A DNA stretch of 64,000 nt from Macrostomum lignano (Eukaryota), in NCBI GenBank assembly GCA_002269645.1, contig NIVC01000107.1, positions 124,001 to 188,000 on the forward strand. The letters run 5' to 3'. The translations under genes were made by a program, and so were the position numbers. Numbering within the stretch: the stretch's first letter is position 1; each line of letters begins with the position of its first letter. The notes below the pieces were generated by a model. The model did not search any database. It was not told the DNA's origin and saw only the letters and a program-made list of their open reading frames with translations. Below are positions 1 through 10,206 of this stretch, in pieces.

Positions 1-35
<35 letters not shown>

Positions 36-152
36 ATTCCCTATCTCCCTACATTCCCCATCTCTCCCTACATTCCCAACCTCTCCCTACATTCCCTATC
101 TCTTCCACTTGTTTGATTCCAGCCATCGAGTCTCTCAATCCCCCTGCTGAAT
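1..152. repeat. (TC)n microsatellite plus pyrimidine-rich block; left copy of a direct repeat flanking the Penelope-like fragment
   Basis: (TC)n at 1-33, then ctacattccc-type repeats ending ...caatccccctgctgaatg at 152; the same block recurs at about 948-1140. Confidence 0.85.
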
Positions 153-947
153 GCCAGGACGTCAACGCCAGGAGGCCAAACTCATCGCGGTCCTGAAAAC
201 TCTGGTCCCACATGGCGCCAACGAGCTGGCCGGGGTGCTGCACAATCCGGCGATCCCACTGATTGTGCCGCACTGCGCTGGGTCAGACACCCTGGTTGCC
301 AAGGTGAGGGACGGCGTGGCACAGCACTGCGATGCCCCTGTACTGCCGGCCTTCACTAAAGGGAGGAGCCTTCGGGATCTACTCTGCCACAGCCAGCTCG
401 AACCAGCTTCTGCCAATTGAGATCAGCTGTACAAAGGCTCTTTTACTGCTATTTTTCCCCTCTGTGATTTTTTCATTGACTTTATTTTGATTTATTCAGA
501 TTATTTATTTTCTTCTTTTTATTCATTTTTCTGACACTGTGTACGGTGCACCTGCATTTTTGCTCTGAGCTTTTAATAATAATTTTTATTTACCTTACCT
601 ATTTATTTTGGCATTTATTTTTACAATTTTTATTCTACACTTAAAGGTCGTCTAGGCCCACTTGTACAGTTTTAGCCACCCCCCGCTTTTCTCATAGTCT
701 CGGACTCGTTTTAATGTACTGACCATGCGTACTGTTTTAAGTGCTTGAGCACATCAATTTATCGATCGTCTCTCCCTGGCGATATCGCCTTTATATATTG
801 ACGGCAATTCGCGCCAAATAAACTTCACTCGCTTACAGCCCTGACGAATAAATTTAATTTCGAAATATCGGCTACTCAATTTAAATTGACTTTTTTCAGT
901 CCTTTCTGACTTTCTACCGTGTCAGTGCCCGAGATTGGAGGCGCCCT
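153..947 (+). mobile_element. 5'-truncated Penelope-like retroelement (3' end of GIY-YIG endonuclease, C-terminal extension, 3' UTR with hammerhead motif)
   Basis: ORF 151-420 begins RQRQEAKLIAVLKTLVPHGAN, matching the GIY-YIG C-terminal R..E..I..L.T..P.GLN motif. It continues PLIVPH...PAFTKGRSLRDLLCHSQL. A T-rich UTR and a hammerhead motif at 837-873 follow. Confidence 0.7.
837..873 (+). ncRNA. Minimal type I hammerhead ribozyme motif
   Basis: AGCC-CUGACGA-AUAAAUUUAAUUUC-GAAA-UAUC-GGCU. Stem I is AGCC/GGCU, both core boxes are present, stem III is the palindrome AUAU and the cleavage triplet is AUC. Stem II is weak (AAAU/AUUU, no closing G-C pair). Confidence 0.55.
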
Positions 948-966
948 CCTCTCTCTCTCTCTCTCC

Positions 967-1019
<53 letters not shown>

Positions 1020-1140
1020 TCTACATTCCCCATCTCCCTACATTCCCCATCTCTCCCTACATTCCCAACCTCTCCCTACATTCCCTATCTCTTCCACTTG
1101 TTTGATTCCAGCCATCGAGTCTCAATCCCCCTGCTGAATG
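948..1140. repeat. (TC)n microsatellite plus pyrimidine-rich block; right copy of the direct repeat
   Basis: Near-identical to 1-152 and ends in the same ccccctgctgaatg. Confidence 0.85.
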
Positions 1141-2317
1141 CACTCAGCTCAAATTCTACTATCAGCAAAGCGAATCAAGGATTTAAGCTAGGATATGAGC
1201 GCGGAACAGCTTCATCTTTAGCGTAGGGTTCAGCCCGAGGTTTAAGAAGCGGCTCTACAAGATTGGTAAGCGGACAAATTGGCTGAGAAGCCGCACTAAC
1301 CAGCACAGCAAAAGATGATCTCTTCAAGCAAACCTATTATTGACCATTATTGACACCCTTTTTCTACACTGCAATGCTCGCCATGCATGGTATAATTAGT
1401 AAGCTTTGACAGGCCAAGCGAAACCAATTATGCGGGGTTAATCTCAAAACACCCTCTTCTGCCCGTCTCAGTTTCCTTGGAAAAAAACTGAGGACTGTTT
1501 TTCTCTCCCTCCTCTTTCTCTCCCCTTCCCGCTGTCTCCCTCTCCCTGTCTACTTCACAGTCGCTTTTCCTCTCCCCTCTACCACTTCATTTCCTTGTCT
1601 CTGCCAGCATAACAACGTATTATGATCTGCCATATATTCTTTACCCCTGTCAGCATATTTTCTTTTATCAGAAAGGATGGCAAGAAAGTATTCTAAGAGG
1701 GAGAGACTGGAGCGCGGCAGGGGATTTAGGATCGCAGAAGGAGGGAGTCAGTCGTGATAAAAAGTACGCCTTTATACAGACTCTGGTCCCGGAGGCCTTG
1801 CTCCTCCACTTTCAAGCCTGAAGCTTTACTCATCCAGCCCATCGGCTCAACTTTGCCCCAGCATCCGTCCCGCATCATCTTTGGAACTCGTCGCCATTTT
1901 CTCTCCTCCCTCCCTGTCTTCTGCGGTTGGCATTGCGCGTTTGAGTTTGAGTCTGATAACATGAAAAAATATGCTTCAGACTCCCCAAGCCTGTTTAGCA
2001 CGGCCGTCTGTCTCTCTGTCTTTTATCTTTTTTTCGTATCTCGCCCCATTCCCAGACTCTGTCTCTCTCTTCATCGGGGCTTGCATGAAACGAGGTAATT
2101 TGAGCTCGCTTTCACACTCAGATTCCCCGCCTCATCCTCAGAGGCTTTTTTATCCCTCTCTCACCCACGCACGGCTTTTCATCATTGACCACGCCGGGCT
2201 GAGATTCCGTGCTCAACACGCCGACAGGAATAGATAGAACTTTTTAAATGATTGAGATATTCGATTTGAAACAGCGTGTGGATAGATTACAATGACAGAT
2301 TGTTAAAAAAAGATGGG

Positions 2318-2412
2318 AACTGGTCTCTCAATAAGGGCTCAATGGTAACTGGTCTCTCAATAAGTGCTCAATGGTAACTGGTCTCTCAATGAGTGCTCAA
2401 TGGTAACTGGTC
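2318..2412. repeat. Short tandem repeat, ~29-bp unit, ~3 copies
   Basis: ctggtctctcaataagtgctcaatggtaa is repeated. Confidence 0.7.
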
Positions 2413-3955
2413 TTCTGAAATTCTCACTGGGATAAGTACGAGCTACGTTCTAATTTTTAATAGGTTAGACAGATATTGCACAGTTTACTCCCCCAAAGGG
2501 GCCGTCCGAAATGGCTAGTCCACTATACTAAAAATTAAGAAATTAATTAGCTAATTCAGCCACGTGCCAAAAGCACAAAACTACCAATCAGCTTGTTTTA
2601 AGCTGGTAAATTCCACAACCAGCAGCAGCAATCCAGAAGATTCCGCAAGGCGCGTGCTGAACAGTCGATGTGGAAAATTTGTGCACACATATCTCTCAGC
2701 TACTTCACCAAAGGGTCTGGGATGGGTTAGGGTTAGTTCGGCACGAATTTAATCAGGCTAATCAACTCAGACTCAATATCTGACCCCCTCACCTCAAACC
2801 AGATGGCGGTGCCGCAGAAATCACGCTTTTCCTAGGAGAAGATCCCCACGGACAGGCGCGTGAGGATGGAAAGAAATATGATGAGAGCAGAGCCAAGGAG
2901 ACTCAGGGCCAGAACTTGGGGTAGCAACTCTTCCCCAAACCACCTATTTTTCAGACGACTATAGGCTGACTAGCGCTTTTCAACTCACACGGAAAATGAG
3001 TTGGAAATGAATTTTTTTATTTTTAGTCAAACTGAAAAACTGCAGCCACAAATAGTTGTCTGGCAATGGGAAAGAGTTGCTACCCGAGGTTCTGGCTCTG
3101 GACCTCCTTGGCAAAAGGCACGCATCCGCGTCAGAATATGTATCGGGCCGGGGTTGCCTAATTAGTAACCAGGCCAGGAAGACAGGGGAGCAGTGGGGCA
3201 TTAGAGACACGACTCGGAAGTGTTTTGTCACGCTGAAATGGCCAACTCATCCGGGAAGCATAGGGTCGAAGCTGAGGCCAAAATGTAAGTACGCAGTACA
3301 CACTAGCACGGCATTAATTAAATCAATTCATCACTGCGCAGGCTTCCCACCATCGTCGCAGTCATTTTCTTTGACGTTGCTTCTGTCTTCGGCGTAGCTT
3401 TTTTGCCAGAATTTTCTACAAAAATCATGTTTCGTCATTAATGACGACGAAAATGACTATAAAATGATCTCTAACTTCTAATAAGTATAGAGCCTCATAA
3501 ATTAAACCCAAAATTCATGACTGAAAACCAAACCAGAACCTCCAAGCTATAGAATTGAAGACAATTGTTGACGTTTCAAAATCGAGCTCGATCCCAATTT
3601 CTAAGAACCACTAAGAAGCTTCCGTCAAAAAAGATGCTGCACGCAATTGAAACTTTGCAGCAGATACAGCGTGGGTTTGGAACCCATGCCCTGTATTGAT
3701 AGGATTGATCTCATTGCCTTTGGTGCGGAATGGTCCGAGTGATGGACTGCTCACTGCCACTCAGCCTCTCTTCCCGACCTGCAGCAGTGCCGTGCACTCG
3801 AGCCACATTGAGCCACTCCAACTAGTTATAGAAAATCTTTTGCGAAACTCGTCCTTCTTCTTCCGCAAGCAGAAATCAATGCAAAAGCTGTTAACCGTGG
3901 GAACTGTCCACCTATATCCTGAGCTGCTCAACAACCTCCCAAAAAAATTGAGTTC

Positions 3956-5572
3956 CTATCCCATTTCGCCGTTTTCCCCGATCCCCAAGAGAATTGCATC
4001 CCAATTCCCGCTGCCCGATCTGTCCGGAGACTCGCCTTCAAGAAGCAGCCTCGAATTCAGGGGAATGATGTTTTCTCGCAGTTTGAAAGTGAGATCTCTT
4101 TGTTCTCTGATCCCCGTTCTTGAACGATTGTTAGGGATTTTACTCCCGGCACCTCTCCCCTAATCTCACAGCCTCTGTCCCCCTGTCTCACAGCATGTCC
4201 CCAGTCTCACAGCACCTGTCCCCAGTCTCACAGCACCTGTCCCCAGTCTCACAGCACCTGTCCCCCCAGTCTCACAGCACCTGTCCCCCAGTCTCACAGC
4301 ACCTGTCTCGCAGCATCTGTCCCCCAGTCTCACAGCATCTGTCCCCAGTCTCGCAGCATCTGTCCCCAGTCTCACAGCATCTGTCTCGCAGCATCTGTCC
4401 CCAGTCTCACAGCACCTGTCCCCAGTCTCGCAGCATCTGTCCCCCAGTCTCACAGCATCTGTCTCGCAGCATCTGTCCCCAGTCTCGCAGCATCTGTCCC
4501 CAGTCTCACAGCATCTGTCTCGCAGCATCTGTCCCCAGTCTCACAGCACCTGTCCCCAGTCTCACAGCATCTGTCCCCAGTCTCGCAGCATCTGTCCCCA
4601 GTCTCACAGCATCTGTCTCGCAGCATCTGTCCCCAGTCTCACAGCACCTGTCCCCAGTCTCGCAGCATCTGTCCCCCAGTCTCACAGCATCTGTCTCGCA
4701 GCATCTGTCCCCAGTCTCGCAGCATCTGTCCCCAGTCTCACAGCATCTGTCTCGCAGCATCTGTCCCCAGTCTCACAGCACCTGTCCCCAGTCTCACAGC
4801 ATCTGTCCCCAGTCTCGCAGCATCTGTCCCCAGTCTCACAGCATCTGTCTCGCAGCATCTGTCCCCAGTCTCACAGCACCTGTCCCCAGTCTCGCAGCAT
4901 CTGTCCCCCAGTCTCACAGCATCTGTCTCGCAGCATCTGTCCCCAGTCTCGCAGCATCTGTCCCCAGTCTCGCAGCATCTGTCCCCCAGTCTCACAGCAT
5001 CTGTCCCCAGTCTCGCAGCATCTGTCCCCCAGTCTCACAGCACCTGTCTCGCAGCATCTGTCCCCCAGTCTCACAGCACCTGTCTCGCAGCATCTGTCCC
5101 CAGTCTCGCAGCATCTGTCCCCCAGTCTCACAGCATCTGTCTCGCAGCATCTGTCCCCAGTCTCGCAGCATCTGTCCCCAGTCTCGCAGCATCTGTCCCC
5201 CAGTCTCGCAGCATCTGTCCCCCAGTCTCACAGCATCTGTCCTCAGTCTCACAGCATCTGTCTCGCAGCATCTGTCCCCAGTCTCACAGCATCTGTCTCC
5301 AGTATCACAGCATCTGTCCCAAGTCTCACAGCATCTGTCCCTAGTCTCACAGCACCTGTCCCCAGGATGTGCATCCACCCCCATCTCACCCGAGTCTGCC
5401 GTCGCAGGTGCACCGCAGCAGCCAGTCCGCAGCTGATCAAAATTGATGCAGAGCAGCACACGGTAACAAAAGGAGCCACCCATCCTTGCTGCTGCTGCTG
5501 CAGGTTCTGGGAGGCGTTGAAGCAGCCCATAGCCGATGCAGTTGTGGCAAAGGGGTTCAAGCTCCTCACTCG
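3956..5572 (-). CDS. Possible last exons of a single-pass membrane protein (TM exon 5572-5390; putative terminal exon 4159-3956)
   Basis: A 183-nt phase-0 segment bounded by cag and gtgaga encodes ...WVAPFVTVCCSASILISCGLAAAVHLRRQTR (hydrophobic helix plus basic stop-transfer residues). The downstream acceptor at 4160 lacks a pyrimidine tract, and no family was recognised. Confidence 0.3.
4166..5365. repeat. Minisatellite array, ~20-bp variant units
   Basis: cccagtctc(a/g)cagca(t/c)ctgt(c) with interspersed shorter ctcgcagcatctgt variants; source of the spurious ORFs at 4166-5436. Confidence 0.95.
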
Positions 5573-6519
5573 CTGTCGGCACGCACAGTTATAGGATTGG
5601 GACGCGCCCAGACGCAGACAGAAGGCCAGTCGTGATGCAGCCAGCATGGATAAGAGACACAAGAGACCTCTGCGGGAGTTGGTGTGAGCCCCAACCCCCA
5701 CTGCTCTGGCCAATCAGAGAGAGCCGGGAGCCATCAGCTGCTCTGCCTGTGTTTGCTGAACTGTTGTTCCTACAATTCCTACAACACGCCAGCAGCGCGC
5801 GCGTCCACCATTCTTCCCCAATTATCCTCACATCCTCAAAATTTTCCTCATTCTCTTCCACTCTCTTATTCTGCTTTCCATAAGTAGGAAAGTGGGTGAT
5901 AGCCGCTCCAATGAGCTTGATTGCTTCGATTAGACAAAATAGACTGTGACACATCAACTCCGAAACAGTACAACTATGAATAAATCTATTCCGTATTTCC
6001 TCCTACGGAAACAATGGTAGGGGAGTTCCTTGCTTTTGAAAGAGCCTTCTTTTAATGGAAGTAAGCGGATGAAAACGGTTCTCGCCCCCCACCCCCTCGC
6101 CACTCTGCCTGTTTCTCCGGCATGCCTGCCTAATCCCCCTGAAAGTGCAGCAGGACAAACAGCGGGCTTGGAGTCGCGCCCCTCCCACACCAGCGTCCGA
6201 CATCCTCAATTTCGAAAATGCAGCCAGGGCGGCGCACCTGCGCCCCAGTCCGAGAAGCCGACGCCTTGGGGAACGGGGCAATGGGGAAGACCACTCTCTC
6301 TCTGAACAAACATCCCAAGCCCAAGTCTAGCGACCTCCCATCCCTATCCCCAGCTAGCGAGCATAGTAGTGTGGGATATTTCTATTCTGCCTGAGCCGAT
6401 CCAATTAATCAATTCTCTATGGCATTTCAGGTATGAATTAATTACGAGTACTAATTACCTCTTGCTTTGCTGCATTTCAGTGCAATTGGAGATGCATATT
6501 GTACAAGTTTATATAGTTT

Positions 6520-7805
6520 GATATAAAATTTGACTCATCATCAGGCCACATAAATAGTCAATAAGAGAGTCATGCTGGGTCAAGGAAATTGTCACAAGAC
6601 GTAGGGAGTTTAAAGGCTAAAATGACGGAAGGGTCAGAGATAACGGAAGTGGGTCAAGGATGATAAAATTGGGTCAAGGATGATGAAAGTGAGTCAAGGA
6701 TGATGAAAGTGAGTCAAATATGATAGAAGTGGGTCAAGGATGATGAAAAGTGGTGGGTCAAGGATGATGAAAGGTGGGTCAAGGATGATATAAGTGGGTC
6801 AAGGATTATTAAAGTGAGTCAGGGATGATGGAAGTGAGTCAGGGATGATGGAAGTGAGTCAGGGATGATGGAAGCGAGTCAGGGATGATGAAAGTGAGTC
6901 AAATATGATAGAAGTGGGTCAAGGATGATTAAAGTGAGTCAAGGAGGATAGAAATAGAATAGAATTGATAGAAATAGAATCAAGGATAGAATTGATATAA
7001 AATTTGACTCATCATCAGGCCACATAAATAGTCAATAAGAGGGTCATGCTGGGTCAAGGAAATTGTCACAAGACGTAGGGAGTTTAAAGGCTAAAATGAC
7101 GGAAGGGTCAGAGATAACGGAAGTGGGTTAAGGATGATAAAAGTGGGTCAAGGATGATGAAAGTAAGTCAAATATGATAGAAGTGGGTCAAGGATGATTA
7201 AAGTGAGTCAAGGAGGATAGAAGTGGGTCAAGGATGATAGAAGTGAGTCAGGGATGATGGAAGTCAGTCAGGGATGATAAAAGTGAGTCAGGGATGATGG
7301 AAGTGAGTCAGGGATGATGGAAGTGAGTCAAACATGATAAAAGTGGGTCAAGGATGATTAAAGTGAGTCAAGGAGGATAGAAGTGGGTCAAGGATGATAG
7401 AAGTGAGTCAGGGATGATGGAAGTCAGTCAGGGATGATGGAAGTCAGTCAGGGATGATGGAAGTGAGTCAGGGATGATGAAAGTGAGTCAAACATGATAG
7501 AAGTGGGTCAAGGATGATTAAAGTGAGTCAAGGAGGATAGAAGTGAGTCAGGGATGATGGAAGTGAGGCAGGGATGATAAAAGTGAGTCAGGGATGATAA
7601 AAGTGAGTCAGGGATGATGGAAGTGAGTCAGGGATGATAAAAGTGAGTCAGGGATGATAAAAGTGAGTCAGGGATGATGGAAGTGAGTCAGGGATGATAA
7701 AAGTGAGTCATGAATGATGGAAATGAGTCAGGGATGATGAAAGCGAGTCAGGGATGATAAAAGTGAGTCAGGGATGATAGAAGTGAGTCAGGGATGATGG
7801 AAGTT
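6520..7805. repeat. Minisatellite (~20-21 bp) with a superimposed ~470-bp duplication
   Basis: gagtcagggatgatggaagt-type units. The block gatataaaatttgactcatcatcaggccacataaatag... occurs at ~6521 and ~6993. Confidence 0.9.
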
Positions 7806-8689
7806 AAGGTAGCTGCAGCACCGGCCAGTTGGGGCAAAATATGCTTAAAGGACAATGAAATGGCACTATAAATACACAATAGTTATAAGCCAGCCTAACC
7901 GTGATTGGCTGGTGAAATTTAATAATTTATCGTTGGAAAGTCGGAGGGCAGATAGCAATTTCCTCAATTTTGCAATGCCATCAAGACCGGAGGATAAAGA
8001 GAGGTTTAGAGGATCGAGGCACACAGCCCACAGAATGGCTTGAGACCATCTACATGTAGAACAGGAAATTGGGAGGGTCAAGAATATTTCAGAGCAGCGG
8101 CTGGAACTTCTCCGCAAGAGTTTACTATATAAGCGCAGGGAATGCATATAGCTAAAAAATGGGTTGGGGAGATTTCGGCTACTGGAAGCTGAAAATCGGG
8201 CATGCAATTTCCTTCTCTAGCCAGAATATTGACGGGCAACAAAAAATTTCTTAGTAGAAAAATAGGAATAAATAATAAAGCCTATAAATACTGGATTAAG
8301 GCTAATTAAGAATGAGGACATTCAAATTGGGCAACAATTAACTTATAACATTGGGCTTATTCATCTGCGTACTAACCGAGGCCAACTTTGCTTAACTTAG
8401 TCAGTGAATCAAGCGGTTTTACGGAGTAAAGCACAAGCTCTTATAAGTGGGTCAACATTCGATTTTTTCTGAAACCGCGCAACCAGATGTGAAATACGAA
8501 ACTTCAAGTGTTGCAAACACAGTCTCATTCTGTTTTATTTGTTAGCATTCAAATGGCTGATGGATCGGTACTAAAATTGAAAAAAAACATGACAGTATGA
8601 CAAAGTCAGGGCCACCGTACACCCTGCGCTCAAGCTTTTTTGCATTATGACATTTGAAAGTTAAGTTACATACGAACGTGTGGATTCTT

Positions 8690-9140
8690 AGGTTAGGGAT
8701 GGGGATTTACAGATTAGGGATGGGGATTCCTAGATTAGGGATGGGATTCCGAGATTAGGGATGGGGATTCCCAGATTAGGGATGGGGATTCCTAGATTAG
8801 GGAATAGTATTCCCATATTAGGAATGGGGATTCCCAGATTAGGGATGGGGATTCCTAGATTAGGGATGGGATTCCCAGATTAGGGAAGGGGATTCCTAGA
8901 TTAGGGAATAGTATTCCCATATTAGGAATGGGGATTCCCAGATTAGGGATGGGGATTCCTAGATTAGGGATGGGATTTCTAGATTAGGGATGTATATAGA
9001 CATCACATTTTTAGCATGATGATGGATGGGATGGGATTCCTAGATTAGGGATGGGGGTTCCCAGATTATGGATGGGGATTACTAGATTTAGGGGTTGGGA
9101 TTCCCGGATTAGGAATTGGAATTCCCAGATTATGGATGGA
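8690..9140. repeat. 21-bp minisatellite
   Basis: cccagattagggatggggatt units. Confidence 0.9.
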
Positions 9141-9689
9141 GGACTAATTGATGTTTCTTGTCAGATGCTCAATCATATATATAACAATAGGAGCGCATAA
9201 CAATAATGAAGTTACAAGCTCTATACTATGTATGTCTTTGAGTGAGCAGCATCAAGCCTAATTAATTAATCGGCAGGTGAACAAACAAAAAACACGCGGG
9301 CGATATAAACATGTTTCTAATGCTACGCTACTCGACTTGTTTAGTAGTATGTACTGTGCTAGTGCACAAAGCACATGAAAAAAAGAAAAAATGTAAGCGA
9401 CAAATCATCCTTCTATTCTAGAAGAATGTAACCGACGCTTTTCTGGATATAATGTACGATTTTTATCATCAAGACGGTCAGCGGTAATTTGCAGCGCTAG
9501 CCGAAAAAAACAAATTAGCTGGGGTGTCACAGAGTCAGTTTTGGACAGATAGATGGTCATGTACACTGAATAACGATTGACTGTCAATCAAAAACCTGTA
9601 ATAAAATAGGATTCTTATTTGTTAAACCTGAAGCATGCGTACGAGGTTCTTAACTGCTGGAAATCCCAAGGGATTCCTAGCTGATTATG

Positions 9690-10150
9690 GATAGGCATTC
9701 CCAAGATTCCCAAATTAGGGATTGGATTCCCAGATTAGAGATTGGGATTCCCAGATTAGGAATTGGGATTCCCAGATTAGGAATTGGGATTCCCAGATTA
9801 GGAATTGGGATTCCCAGATTAGGAATTGGGATTCCCAGATTAGGAATTGGGATTCCCAGATTAGGAATTGGGATTCCTAGATTAGGAATTGGGATTCCCA
9901 GATTAGGAATTGGGATTCCCAGATTAGGAATTGGGATTCCTAGATTAGGAATCAGGATTCCCAGATTAGGGATTGGGATTCCCAGATTAGGAATTGGGAT
10001 TCCCAGATTAGCGATTGCGATTCCCAGATTAGGAATTGGGATTCCCAGATTAGCGATTGCGATTCCCAGATTAGGAATTGGGATTCCCAGATTAGCGATT
10101 GCGATTCTCAGATTAGGAATTGGGATTCCCAGATTAGCGATTGGGATTAG
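9690..10150. repeat. 21-bp minisatellite, same family as 8690-9140, just downstream of the NFS1 stop
   Basis: cccagattaggaattgggatt units. Confidence 0.95.
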
Positions 10151-10206
10151 GAAATTTTTAGTGCGTCGCAACCCTTATTTAGACACATTAGACTCCGAAC
10201 AAAAAC

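Noticed and set aside
1887-1896. Minus-strand tggcgacgag identical to the Gypsy PBS
   Set aside because: No LTR end or gag is adjacent; it could equally be an AAAATGGCG start context or chance.
3956-4030. WDAILLGIGENGEMG resembling the NagB/6-phosphogluconolactonase motif
   Set aside because: The catalytic His is absent, a stop follows immediately, and the rest of the fold is missing.
4166-5436. 413-aa ORF and similar long ORFs at 9687-10274, 13046-13907, 27882-28610, 45666-46968 and 62923-63181
   Set aside because: They are translations of stop-free tandem repeats.
7855-8207. Coiled-coil-like short ORFs
   Set aside because: In-frame stops, no clear splice sites and no recognisable family.
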